NCBI GenBank assembly: GCA_963718235.1
Contig: CAVQYR010000001.1
Location: 2,112,001-2,176,000, forward strand
DNA: 64,000 bases
From: an uncultured Actinomycetota bacterium
GTDB lineage: Bacteria; Actinomycetota; Actinomycetes; JAHEKZ01
Reading direction: 5' to 3'
The notes below the pieces were generated by a model. That model saw nothing but the letters and a program-made list of their open reading frames with translations. It searched no databases and was not told where the DNA came from. Shown piece after piece: positions 29,343 to 38,596 of this stretch (position 1 is the stretch's first letter; every line of letters starts with the position of its first letter). Made by a program: the position numbers and the translations under genes.

Positions 29343-31576
29343 GCGAACGGCAACGCGCGGGCGTGGACCACGGTCAGCCGCTGGGTCGACCGGGTGAGCG
29401 CCACGTACAGGTCGCCAGCGCCCCGGGCCGACTGTTCGAGGACGTCGGCCGGCTCCACCACGATCACCGAGTCGAACTCCAGTCCCTTCACCTCGCCGAC
29501 GTCCAGCACCACCAGCTGCTCGTCCAGCGATGCGGTGTGTGGTGCGGACGGCTCGCCGAGCCAGGCGAACAGCCGTTCCCGGAGCCCGTCGTGATCGCGC
29601 CGCGGAACCACCACGGCCAGACGTCCTGCTCCGAGCACCTCCAGCTCGCCGACGACGACGTGAGCCAGCGCCTCGAGATCGACGGCTGGCACGTGGACGA
29701 AGACCGGTGGCATCCCGTGTCGGGCTGCCAACGGCGGCTTCGTCGAGGCGCCGGAGAGCCGCAGCACCTGAGTGGCGACGGCCATGATCTCCGCGGGGGT
29801 GCGGTAGTTGACGGTCAGCTCCTCGAGCCTCCACCGGCCGGGCACGTGCCGATCGAGCGCATCGGACCATCCGCTGGCACCGGCCAGGGCAGCAGTCTGT
29901 GCGGTGTCACCGACCACCGTCATCGAACGACTCGGACAGCGCCGCATCAGCAGCCGCCACGCCATCGCCGACAGCTCCTGCGCCTCGTCTACGACCACGT
30001 GTCCGTAGGTCCAGCTGCGCTTCCCCGCCGCGCGCTCGGCCACCGTGACGTCGGCGTCTCCTGAGGTGAAGCGGTCGGCGAGCATCTCCGCGCTGACCAA
30101 GCCACTGGAGTCGCCCATCGACTCCAGGACACCCCGCGCGTAGCGCAGGTCACCCTCGCGGGCCGCGGCCCTTCGTCGTTCCTCGAGCCGTCGGGCCGAC
30201 GGGTCGTCACCGAGCAGCTCGGCCGCCTCGTCGAGCAGCGGGACGTCGGAGGGAGTCCACTCCCCACCAGGGGAGCGCCGCAGCAGCTCACGCTCGGCCT
30301 CGCTCAGCTGCGGCGCGCTTGCGCGCAGCCGGGCCGGCTCGGCGAACAGCTGGGTCAGCAGGCGCTCGGGCGTCAGCGGCATCCAGCACAGGTTGACCTC
30401 GCGACGCACGTCGGGTGAGTCGTGCAGGTCGGCGAGCAGCTCGGCGCGCTGGTACTCGTCGAGCTCGACGTTGAGGGATCGCGCCAGCTGCTTGACCAGG
30501 TCGTTGAGCACCGTACGGACGAAGACCTCCCGCGCGACGTTGTGCGGCTTACGTGTGGAGCGAGCCCGGTCGCGTGCCGCCTGCACGGTCGACGGACGCA
30601 GGGTGAGTCGGGTCCCGTCGACGTCCAGGCTGACCGGCCCCGAGGGCACCCGCTGTCGCGCACTCACGGCCCGCTGGATCACCCGGGCCATCCGCAGGTC
30701 GCCCTTCAACGCCGCGACGTCGTCGGTCTCGTGGCCGACGGCCTCCAGTCCCGGATACAGCTGCCCCGGCGTGGCGAGCACTGCGGCGCTCTCTCCCAAC
30801 GAGGGCAGCACCTGCTCGATGTAGCGAAGGAACACCGGGCTCGGGCCGACCACGAGAACGCCGGTCCGGGCCAGCCGGTCCCGGTGGTGGTAGAGCAGGT
30901 AGGCGGCCCGGTGCAGGGCGACCGCCGTCTTGCCGGTTCCGGGACCCCCCTGGACGACGAGCACACCCTCCATGGGAGCCCGGATGATCCGGTCCTGCTC
31001 GGCCTGGATGGTCGACACGATGTCGCGCATGTGCCCGGTGCGGTGCTCGGCCAGGGCAGCCATCAAGGCACCCTCACCGGTCAGCACCAGCTCGGAGTCG
31101 GCCACCTGGTCCGACGCCGACGCGACGTCGAGCAGCTCGTCCTCGACTCCGACCACCTGCCGCCCGCGCATGGCGATGTGGCGGCGTCGGATGACGTCGT
31201 GCGGTGAGGCAGCAGTAGCTCGGTAGAAGTCCTGCGCCGCCTCAGCCCGCCAGTCGACGAGCAGCTTGCGCTGCTCCTCGTCGGACAACCCGATCCGACC
31301 GATGTGCAGGAGCTGTCCGGACGTGAGGTCCATGCGGCCGAAGGCCAGCCGTTCCTCCACGGCCCACAGCTGGGCCAGGCGGCGCTCGTACTCGGTCGCG
31401 AAAGCGTCGCGCTCCGAGCGGTTCTGCGGCGTTCCGCTCGGCCCGGCCCGCCGGGTTCGGGCCAGCTGGTCGGAGACCCGTTCCCGCAGGGCGTCGAGGC
31501 GGGTGTACATCACATCGACGAACTCCTGCTCGACCGCCACCTCGTCGGCTGCAGCCCCGCTCGGGACCGAGGTCAC
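29333..31576 (-). CDS. helD: HelD-family RNA polymerase-associated SF1 ATPase
   Basis: FGRMD, IGRIG, DWRA, MRDIVSTIQAEQD, QGGPGTGKTAVALHRAAYLLY, VDEAQELS, KGLEFD, LYVALTR. Confidence 0.9.
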   Translation of the reverse strand: MTSVPSGAAADEVAVEQEFVDVMYTRLDALRERVSDQLARTRRAGPSGTPQNRSERDAFATEYERRLAQLWAVEERLAFGRMDLTSGQLLHIGRIGLSDEEQRKLLVDWRAEAAQDFYRATAASPHDVIRRRHIAMRGRQVVGVEDELLDVASASDQVADSELVLTGEGALMAALAEHRTGHMRDIVSTIQAEQDRIIRAPMEGVLVVQGGPGTGKTAVALHRAAYLLYHHRDRLARTGVLVVGPSPVFLRYIEQVLPSLGESAAVLATPGQLYPGLEAVGHETDDVAALKGDLRMARVIQRAVSARQRVPSGPVSLDVDGTRLTLRPSTVQAARDRARSTRKPHNVAREVFVRTVLNDLVKQLARSLNVELDEYQRAELLADLHDSPDVRREVNLCWMPLTPERLLTQLFAEPARLRASAPQLSEAERELLRRSPGGEWTPSDVPLLDEAAELLGDDPSARRLEERRRAAAREGDLRYARGVLESMGDSSGLVSAEMLADRFTSGDADVTVAERAAGKRSWTYGHVVVDEAQELSAMAWRLLMRRCPSRSMTVVGDTAQTAALAGASGWSDALDRHVPGRWRLEELTVNYRTPAEIMAVATQVLRLSGASTKPPLAARHGMPPVFVHVPAVDLEALAHVVVGELEVLGAGRLAVVVPRRDHDGLRERLFAWLGEPSAPHTASLDEQLVVLDVGEVKGLEFDSVIVVEPADVLEQSARGAGDLYVALTRSTQRLTVVHARALPFAQN

Positions 31577-31730
31577 TGCGGGTCCCCCGTTCGTCGGGTG
31601 CACTCGGACACGTGGTCGTGAGCCCACTTCTGGCCGCCGCCGCGAAAAGGGCAGCAGTCAGGACTATCACGCTCGCGCTCTCGCCGCGAACTGCGGAGTC
31701 GCGGCGGACTCGACCTGGCAGGCTGGCCGG

Positions 31731-32438
31731 ATGAGCCTTCCTCCTGAGGACCCCCAGCAACGCTGGGCAGCCGTTGACGACTACCTGGGTCGCCTGCTCC
31801 TGCCCGAAGACCCGGCGCTGGACGACGCCCGAAGGGCCAGTCGTGACGCTGGCCTGCCCGACATCGCCGTCTCCCCACCCCAGGGCGCGCTGCTCAGCCT
31901 GCTGACGTCGATGGTCCGGGCTCGTCGGGTGCTCGAGATCGGCACTTTGGGCGGCTACAGCACGATCTGGCTGGCCAGGGGGCTCCCCGACGGAGGTCGC
32001 GTCGTGACCCTCGAGTTCGACCCGCACCACGCTCAGACCGCGTCGGCCACCTTCACCCGGGGCGGGCTCGACGACGTCATCGAGGTGCGGGTCGGCCCGG
32101 CCATCGACGCGCTGCCGCGGCTGGCCGAGGAGTCCGTGCGGGACGGGCTGTTCGACCTGGTGTTCATCGACGCCGACAAGGCCTCGATGCCCAAGTACTT
32201 CCAGTGGGCCTTGCGGCTGACCCGCCCAGGCGGGGTCATCGTCGCCGACAACGTCGTCCGCGGCGGTCACGTCGTCGATGACGAGAGCACCGATGCGAAC
32301 ATCCAGGGTGTGAGGCGCATGCTCGAGCTGATGTCCAGCACACCGGGGGTACGTTCCACGGCTGTGCAGACGGTCGGCTCCAAGGGCTACGACGGCTTCG
32401 CAGTGGCCTTCGTCGAGCGAAGTGCCGGCGGGGACTGA
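31731..32438 (+). CDS. O-methyltransferase (caffeoyl-CoA type)
   Basis: VLEIGTLGGYSTIWLARGL, FIDADK, VADNVVRGG, KGYDGF. Confidence 0.95.
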   Translation: MSLPPEDPQQRWAAVDDYLGRLLLPEDPALDDARRASRDAGLPDIAVSPPQGALLSLLTSMVRARRVLEIGTLGGYSTIWLARGLPDGGRVVTLEFDPHHAQTASATFTRGGLDDVIEVRVGPAIDALPRLAEESVRDGLFDLVFIDADKASMPKYFQWALRLTRPGGVIVADNVVRGGHVVDDESTDANIQGVRRMLELMSSTPGVRSTAVQTVGSKGYDGFAVAFVERSAGGD

Positions 32439-32477
32439 CCAACAGCCCGCCGCGCACGAGTGAGACCGCCGAGCAGG

Positions 32478-32816
32478 TCAGGCGTGCAGCTCCTTGACGA
32501 CGGTGAGCAGCACCGCGGAGTCCTCCAGTGCCTCGAGCGCATGACGTGCCTCGGGAACCACCATCAGGTCACCGGGACCACCGACCGCGTCGTCGTCCGC
32601 GGCGGTGAGCCGAACCCGACCCCGCAGCACCTGCAGGGTGGCCTCACCCGGGCTCTCGTGGTCGGCCAGGCCGTGTCCTTCGGCCAGAGCGATGACGGTC
32701 AGCCGCAGGGTGTGGTCGTGCCCTCCGTGCACGGTGTGCGCCGCCCTGCCACTGGTAGCCGCGCGCGCCTGCACGAGCAGCTCGTCGGTGAGCGTGGTCA
32801 ACGAGGATGCGTCCAT
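32478..32816 (-). CDS. Cupin domain protein
   Basis: SGRAAHTV, LADHESPGEATLQVLRG, RHALEALEDSAVLLTV. Confidence 0.9.
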   Translation of the reverse strand: MDASSLTTLTDELLVQARAATSGRAAHTVHGGHDHTLRLTVIALAEGHGLADHESPGEATLQVLRGRVRLTAADDDAVGGPGDLMVVPEARHALEALEDSAVLLTVVKELHA

Positions 32817-32834
32817 GCGCCGTCCTCCCGTGAG

Positions 32835-33545
32835 TCAGGCCTCAGTGGCCGGGGCGTCGTCGGTCGGCAGTGAAGGGCCGACCCCACCGACGGTACCGGC
32901 CAGGGCCAGCCCGTAACCCACCGCCGGACCGATCAGCAGGGCGAACAGGACCGTGCCCAGGCCGACCACGCCGCCCAGCAGCCAGCCCGCGCCCAGCACG
33001 GTGACCTCGATCGCGAGCCGCACCGCGACGATCGGAAGGCGGGTGCGAAGGTGCAGCCCGGTCATCCAGCCGTCCCGCGGACCCGGGCCGAGGCCGGTCG
33101 TGAGGTAGAGCCCGCTGCCGAGCCCGATCGTGGCGATCCCCGCCACGACCTCCGCGAGCTGCCATCCGAAGCCGGAGGGTTCGGGCAGGAGCGGCACGGT
33201 GACCCCCAGGGCCACCGCGATCACCACCGCGTTGGCCAGCGTGCCCAGCCCAGGTCGCTCGCCCAGCGGAATCCACAGGAGCAGGACGCAGGCGCTGATC
33301 AGGAACGTGGCCACGCCGATGCCGATGCCGAACTGGCCGTCGATGCCCTGGGCCAGCACCGTCCAGGGGCTGACCCCGAGGGAGGAGTCGACCAGCAGCG
33401 CCTCGCCCGTCCCGAACAGCCACAGCCCCACGAACAGCACGGCAAGGGTGGCCGGCGAGGCACGCCAACGCGACGGGGCACGCCATGACGTGACGGGCAC
33501 GCTGCGCGCAGGTCGTCCCCGACGGGGCTGCGGAGGTGGCGACAC
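32835..33545 (-). CDS. YczE/YitT-family membrane protein
   Basis: LGVSPWTVLAQG, RPGLGTLAN, LGPGPRDGWMTG, GLGTVLFAL. Start approximate. Confidence 0.9.
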   Translation of the reverse strand: MSPPPQPRRGRPARSVPVTSWRAPSRWRASPATLAVLFVGLWLFGTGEALLVDSSLGVSPWTVLAQGIDGQFGIGIGVATFLISACVLLLWIPLGERPGLGTLANAVVIAVALGVTVPLLPEPSGFGWQLAEVVAGIATIGLGSGLYLTTGLGPGPRDGWMTGLHLRTRLPIVAVRLAIEVTVLGAGWLLGGVVGLGTVLFALLIGPAVGYGLALAGTVGGVGPSLPTDDAPATEA

Positions 33546-33661
33546 CGGGCCCAACCTATCGGCGGACAGGCGAGCGCTGCCCCATGGCCGACCCCGTCTG
33601 GCACGATGGTGCAAACACACTCAGTGGCCCGGGGAATCACGCTCGGGCCGGAGGGAGAGCG

Positions 33662-33928
33662 ATGAGCCAGCAGGACGACGCGAACCAAGGGGGCCGCAAG
33701 CTCGGCGGCGGAGCCATCGCCTCGCTCACCGGTCTCGGGGTGCTGCTGATCTTCGTCGTGCAGAACACCGAGGACGTGGTGTTCAACTTCCTCTTCCTGG
33801 ACTTCACCTGGCCGCTGTGGCTCTACACGATCGTGGTGGCACTGTTCGGTGCGCTGGTGTGGTTCGGGCTCGGTGTCATGCGCCGTCACCGCCGGCGCAA
33901 GGCACGCCGCGAGGACCGTCGGTCCTGA
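33662..33928 (+). CDS. LapA/DUF1049-family small membrane protein
   Basis: GGAGGGAG RBS; LLIFVVQNT...FLF...WPLWL; basic tail. Confidence 0.85.
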   Translation: MSQQDDANQGGRKLGGGAIASLTGLGVLLIFVVQNTEDVVFNFLFLDFTWPLWLYTIVVALFGALVWFGLGVMRRHRRRKARREDRRS

Positions 33929-33955
33929 CCATCGGCCCGCGCGCCACCGCAGCAC

Positions 33956-35662
33956 TCACTTCTGGCGGTCGAGGCGGACCTGCACCTTGTTGCCCTTGAC
34001 CCGGGTCGCGCGCAGCGCGGCCATCACCTCTGAGGCGGCGTCCTCGGGGACCTCCACGAGTGAGAAGCGGTCGGTGATCTCGATCGCCCCGATGTCGCGG
34101 CCACTGAGTCTGGTCTCGTTGGCGATGGCGCCCACGAGGTCCTGCGGGCGGATCCCGACCTTTCGGCCTGCGCCGACGTAGAGCCGGGTTGTGCGCCCCG
34201 ACGTCGACGACGGACCGGACTCGCGTCGTGGCTTGCCGCCGGCGCGCTTGCCACCCTCTTTCTTTCCCCGGTTGCCGCGTGCTTCACGTTCCACGCGGCT
34301 GGCCGGCGGCGGCGGGGCCTCGGGGATCTCGTCATCGTCCCCGCCGCCACCTGACGCGTCGTGTGCCAGCTTCACCGCGGCCATCGCAACTTGCATGACG
34401 TCGAAGTCGTCGGTCAGGGTGTCGACGACGACCCGGAACTGCTCGAGGTCGTCCTCCAGCAGGATCTCGTTCAGCGCTGCCCGGGTGAGCTCCAGGCGAC
34501 GTGCGTGCAGGTCGGCCGTCGTCGGCAGCTTCTCGATCGGGATCCGCTGCTTGGTCACCCGCTCGATCGTCTTGAGCATGCGGTGCTCACGCGGCTCGGC
34601 GAGGGTGATCGCGACCCCCTCGCGACCGCCGCGCCCGACCCGGCCGATCCGGTGCACGTAGGACTCCGGGGCCGAGGGAACGTCGTAGTTGAAGACGTGG
34701 GTGAGCTGTTCGACGTCGAGTCCGCGCGCAGCGACGTCGGTCGCGACCAGGAGCTCGGCGCTGCCGGCGCGAAGCCGCCCCATCACCCGGTCGCGTTGGT
34801 TCTGGTCCATGCCGCCGTGAAGGGGCTCGGAGCGGTAGCCGCGCCCGTTGAGCGTCTCGGTGAGCTCGTCGACCTCGGCCCTGGTCCGGCAGAAGATGAT
34901 CGCGGCCGTCGGCGACTCGACGTCGAGGATCCGCCCGAGCGCGGCCGCCTTGTGCGAGCGGGCGACGACGTACGCGCGCTGGTGCACCAGGGGTGTCTTG
35001 CCCGAGGCCGGGACCCCGCGACCCATCTCGATCCGAACCGGGTCGTTGAGGTGCTTGCGGGCGATGCTGTTGATCCGGGCCGGCATCGTGGCCGAGAAGA
35101 GGACCGTCTGCCGATCCGCTGGCGTCGCGTCGAGGATCGCCTCGAGGTCGTCGGCGAACCCCATGTCGAGCATCTCGTCCGCCTCGTCGAGCACGACCGT
35201 GGCGACGTCGTCCAGCCGCAGGCTGCCGCGCTTGAGGTGGTCGACGGCGCGCCCGGGTGTCGCGACGACCGTGTCGATCCCTCGCTCGAGCTCACGCAGC
35301 TGCCGCCCAATCGGCTGCCCGCCGTAGATCGGCAGCACACGGACCCCCAAGTCACGCCCGTAGCGGTGCAGCGCCTGCGACACCTGCATGCACAGCTCGC
35401 GCGTGGGCACCAGCACCAGTGACGTCGGCGCCTTGGTGCTCCGGTGCCCTGTCTTGAGGGCCTGGAGCAGGGGCAGTGCGAACGCCGCGGTCTTGCCCGT
35501 CCCGGTGGCTGCCTGACCCAGCAGGTCGCGACCCGCCATGAGGTGCGGGATCGCCTCGGCCTGGATCGGTGTCGGCTCCTCGTAGCCAAGGCTGGTGAGG
35601 GCCGCGAGCAGCTTCTTGCGCAGGCCCAGGTCGGCGAACGTGGGGGCGTCGGCGTCGGTCAC
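33956..35662 (-). CDS. deaD: DEAD-box RNA helicase with DbpA-type RNA-binding domain
   Basis: PTPIQ, ATGTGKT, PTREL, DEAD, SAT, ARGLD, HRIGRVGR; IRPQDLVGAIANE. Confidence 0.95.
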   Translation of the reverse strand: MTDADAPTFADLGLRKKLLAALTSLGYEEPTPIQAEAIPHLMAGRDLLGQAATGTGKTAAFALPLLQALKTGHRSTKAPTSLVLVPTRELCMQVSQALHRYGRDLGVRVLPIYGGQPIGRQLRELERGIDTVVATPGRAVDHLKRGSLRLDDVATVVLDEADEMLDMGFADDLEAILDATPADRQTVLFSATMPARINSIARKHLNDPVRIEMGRGVPASGKTPLVHQRAYVVARSHKAAALGRILDVESPTAAIIFCRTRAEVDELTETLNGRGYRSEPLHGGMDQNQRDRVMGRLRAGSAELLVATDVAARGLDVEQLTHVFNYDVPSAPESYVHRIGRVGRGGREGVAITLAEPREHRMLKTIERVTKQRIPIEKLPTTADLHARRLELTRAALNEILLEDDLEQFRVVVDTLTDDFDVMQVAMAAVKLAHDASGGGGDDDEIPEAPPPPASRVEREARGNRGKKEGGKRAGGKPRRESGPSSTSGRTTRLYVGAGRKVGIRPQDLVGAIANETRLSGRDIGAIEITDRFSLVEVPEDAASEVMAALRATRVKGNKVQVRLDRQK

Positions 35663-35695
35663 TCGCCCATCGTCTCGCCTGGTGACCCCATTCAC

Positions 35696-36418
35696 CTAGC
35701 CGGATGCCCCCTGCGCAACCGCCTGGGCGAACTCAGCCATCGAGGCGAACTCGAAGTCGGGGGTGACGTCACCGGACGGCGGCGGTGTGGCCCCCCACCC
35801 AGCGCGCCCGTGCCGCCGGTTGATCCACACGGTCGAGAGCCCGGCGGCCTTGGCCGGCAGATGGTCGTGGAACAGGCTCTGCGCCACGTGCAGCAGCCGA
35901 CCCTCCCCGACGCCCATGGCTTGCGCGGCGTGCAGCAACGCCTCGAAGTTGCGGGGCGACGGCTTGTACGAGCCGACGTCCTGCGCCGTGAGGACCTTGT
36001 CGAAGTGCACGCCCAGCCGGCGGTTGCTGCCGGCGAACGACGCCCGGTCGACGTTGGACAAGACGATCAGCGGGTGGCTCTGGCCGAGGGCTACGAGAGC
36101 GTCGTGGGAGTCGTCGAATGCGGGCCAGTCGGGGACGGACACCGCCAGACGCTGAGCGTCGTGCTGACTCACGAAGGCACCGAGCTGCTCCCCGAGGGCA
36201 CGAAAGCTGCTTCCGACGATGTCGGGGTACAGCGCTGAGGGCAGCTCGGCCTCGGCCTCGGTCTCGTGAGCGGCGTACGCGGCCAGCAGCGCGTCGTCGT
36301 CGATGTCCAGGTCGTGGGCGCGGGCCCAAGGGGCCAGGACGGCGACGATCCCCGCCTCCCAGTCGATCAGCGTGCCGTAGCAGTCGAAGCTCAGGGCGTC
36401 GTAGTCCGCGAGGGTCAT
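35696..36418 (-). CDS. HAD-superfamily hydrolase (haloacid dehalogenase type II-like)
   Basis: FDCYGTLIDWE, LSNVD, SYKPS, HVAQSLFHDH. Confidence 0.93.
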   Translation of the reverse strand: MTLADYDALSFDCYGTLIDWEAGIVAVLAPWARAHDLDIDDDALLAAYAAHETEAEAELPSALYPDIVGSSFRALGEQLGAFVSQHDAQRLAVSVPDWPAFDDSHDALVALGQSHPLIVLSNVDRASFAGSNRRLGVHFDKVLTAQDVGSYKPSPRNFEALLHAAQAMGVGEGRLLHVAQSLFHDHLPAKAAGLSTVWINRRHGRAGWGATPPPSGDVTPDFEFASMAEFAQAVAQGASG

Positions 36419-36435
36419 GTGCCTAGTGTGTCCTC

Positions 36436-36675
36436 ATGTGCCGGAGCATCAAGACCCTGCGCCCCCCGTTCACCGAGGCGGTCACTGACGACGACGTCCG
36501 TGCAGCGGCGCTGCAGTACGTCCGCAAGGTGTCGGGGTTCCGCGCCCCCGCGGGTCACAACGCCGAGGCGTTCGACGCCGCGGTCACGACGATCAGCCGG
36601 GCCACGACGGACCTCCTCGCCGCCCTCGAGGTCCGTGGGGGTCGAGCGGCGCGCTCGACGGTGGCCCAGACGTAA
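36436..36675 (+). CDS. DUF2277 family protein
   Basis: MCRSIKTLR...AAALQYVRKVSGF; TAGTGT -10 hexamer 6 nt upstream (leaderless). Confidence 0.9.
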   Translation: MCRSIKTLRPPFTEAVTDDDVRAAALQYVRKVSGFRAPAGHNAEAFDAAVTTISRATTDLLAALEVRGGRAARSTVAQT

Positions 36676-36679
36676 CGCG

Positions 36680-37510
36680 TCACGGGCGGATGCCTGTGGT
36701 CACCCGGATCTGTTGGGTGATCACCAACGAGCCGTCGTCGGTGCGGCACGCCTCCAGCCGCTCCCTCGCCTGCTCCATCACCTCGGCCTGGTGTTCCGGG
36801 GGGACGGCGTTCCACATGGCCCGTTGCCCGTGCGATCGCGACCACGCGGCCCAGTGCGCCACGTCGGTGAACGACACAGCGACCTCGAACCCGGCCGTGC
36901 TCACTGGTGAGAGCCCCGACGTGGACAGCAGCTGCTCGACTCCCGCATCGCTGCTGAACGGCCCGGACTCACCCGACGTCCGGGCATCGAGCATCTGCGG
37001 CGGCAGGTACGGCGTGAAAACCTCGTCGAGGGCGACCCAGCGGGGGTCGCGTGGCCCGAAGGTGCTGATGCCGAGCCGTCCACCAGGTCGCAGGAGCTCC
37101 TTCCAGGCGGTGGCGGCCGCGGCCGGGTCCGGCAGGAAGAAGAGCACGAGCGATGAGGCGATCACGTCGTACTGGGAGGCCGGAAGAACCGGAGCGCCGG
37201 CGTCCATGACGTGCCACTCGACCGACGTGACGCCCCGCTCGACGGCTTCGGCTCTGGCTGCGTCGACCATGGCTGCGGAAAGGTCGATCGCCGTGACGTG
37301 CCCCTCGGGCCCGACCGCGTCAGCGAGGGCGAACGCGGCTGCCCCCTTGCCGCAGCCGATGTCCAGGGCCCGCTCGCCCGGCGACGGCGCGAGGCGAGCG
37401 ACCAGCCCCTCGGCGATGGGGACGAACCATGGAACACCCACCGCCTCGTAGGTGTCGGCGACCTGGTCGAAGACGGCCGCCACGCGGCGGCTGCGCTCGG
37501 AGTTGTCCAT
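36680..37510 (-). CDS. Class I SAM-dependent methyltransferase
   Basis: LDIGCGKG, IDLSAAM, FFLPDP, LRPGGRL. Confidence 0.92.
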   Translation of the reverse strand: MDNSERSRRVAAVFDQVADTYEAVGVPWFVPIAEGLVARLAPSPGERALDIGCGKGAAAFALADAVGPEGHVTAIDLSAAMVDAARAEAVERGVTSVEWHVMDAGAPVLPASQYDVIASSLVLFFLPDPAAAATAWKELLRPGGRLGISTFGPRDPRWVALDEVFTPYLPPQMLDARTSGESGPFSSDAGVEQLLSTSGLSPVSTAGFEVAVSFTDVAHWAAWSRSHGQRAMWNAVPPEHQAEVMEQARERLEACRTDDGSLVITQQIRVTTGIRP

Positions 37511-37646
37511 CTGCGCATCCTGCTCCTCGTGACGACCTCGGTCCATCCCGGTCGCGGCGACGAACCCATCTGATGGACACCCAGCCGCGCTGAGCGCGGA
37601 CAACCGACCACCAGACGACGGCCGGCGCGAGCCGCGGGCAGTGGTG

Positions 37647-38126
37647 TCAGCGGGCGAGCAGCTCGTCGAGGCGTTCGTGGCTCTCGCGGACCCCGCCCTC
37701 CATGCCTCCGGCGACGAAGGCGTCGCGGTCGGCGAAGGAGTCGACCAGCGAGGTGGTGCTCAGCCGGGTGCGCCCATCGCCCAGGTCCTCGAACACGATC
37801 CGTTCCAGGGCGACGCCATCTGGCATGCCTTCGAAGGTGAACGTCTGGACGATGAGCTCGGACGGCCGGACCTCGTGGAAGCAGCCGAAGAAGCCGAACT
37901 CGTTGCCGTTGCTGGCGTGCACGTAGCGATAGGACCCGCCGGTTCGGCACTCGTAGTGGTCGATCCGCATCTCGTGACGCCGAGGGCCGAGCCACTGTGC
38001 CACCAGCTCGGGGTCCGTGTGCGCGCGGAACACCTTCTGCGTCGGAGCGTCGAACTCCCGGGTGATCCGAACGAGCGGGACGGTCGGGTCGGAGACGATC
38101 TCGGTCTCGTGGCTGCTCGGGGTCAC
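37647..38126 (-). CDS. SRPBCC/AHSA1-family protein
   Basis: ITREFDAP, VFRAHTDPEL, GGSYRY, GMEGGVRESHERLDELL. Confidence 0.92.
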   Translation of the reverse strand: MTPSSHETEIVSDPTVPLVRITREFDAPTQKVFRAHTDPELVAQWLGPRRHEMRIDHYECRTGGSYRYVHASNGNEFGFFGCFHEVRPSELIVQTFTFEGMPDGVALERIVFEDLGDGRTRLSTTSLVDSFADRDAFVAGGMEGGVRESHERLDELLAR

Positions 38127-38509
38127 GTCGGTGCTCCTGTCTGCGGTGGGTGCGCGGGGCGGCTGGGCGGTGGCAGGGGGTCGACGTCGTCCGGCATCGA
38201 GGTCAAGACGTCGTCGAGCCGGCGGTAGCGCTCCTCGGCCAGACGGCGGTAGCGCTCGATCCACTGGGTCATCAGCTCGAAGACTTCCGCCTCGAGATGG
38301 ACCGGACGGCGCTGGGCCTGTCGGCTGCGGCTCACCAGGCCGGCGTCCTGGAGCACCTTGAGGTGCTTGGAGACGGCCTGGACCGTCACGTCGTAGGGGT
38401 CGGCGAGCTCGTTGACGGACGCGTCGGCGCGGGCGAGTCGGGCCACCATGTCGCGCCGGGTCGGGTCGGCCAGGGCGGAGAAGACCCGCGACAACGGATC
38501 AGCCGCCAT
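38123..38509 (-). CDS. ArsR/SmtB-family transcriptional regulator
   Basis: FSALADPTRR, AVSKHLKVLQDAGLV; GTGA overlap with the SRPBCC gene. Confidence 0.94.
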   Translation of the reverse strand: MAADPLSRVFSALADPTRRDMVARLARADASVNELADPYDVTVQAVSKHLKVLQDAGLVSRSRQAQRRPVHLEAEVFELMTQWIERYRRLAEERYRRLDDVLTSMPDDVDPLPPPSRPAHPPQTGAPT

Positions 38510-38527
38510 GGTCCCGCCCTCTCGTCC

Positions 38528-38587
38528 TCAACCAGTTGGTTGAAGAACGTACCCAGCAGGTGGACTGGTTGTCAACCGATCGGTTGA
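38528..38587. promoter_or_regulatory. Paired ArsR operator palindromes TCAACC-N4-GGTTGA
   Basis: TCAACCAGTTGGTTGA (38528-38543) and TCAACCGATCGGTTGA (38572-38587). Confidence 0.8.
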
Positions 38588-38596
38588 ATACGTGGG

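Noticed and set aside
31577-31730. HelR rifamycin-resistance call for the HelD homologue
   Set aside because: No rifamycin-associated-element palindrome visible upstream; kept as generic HelD.
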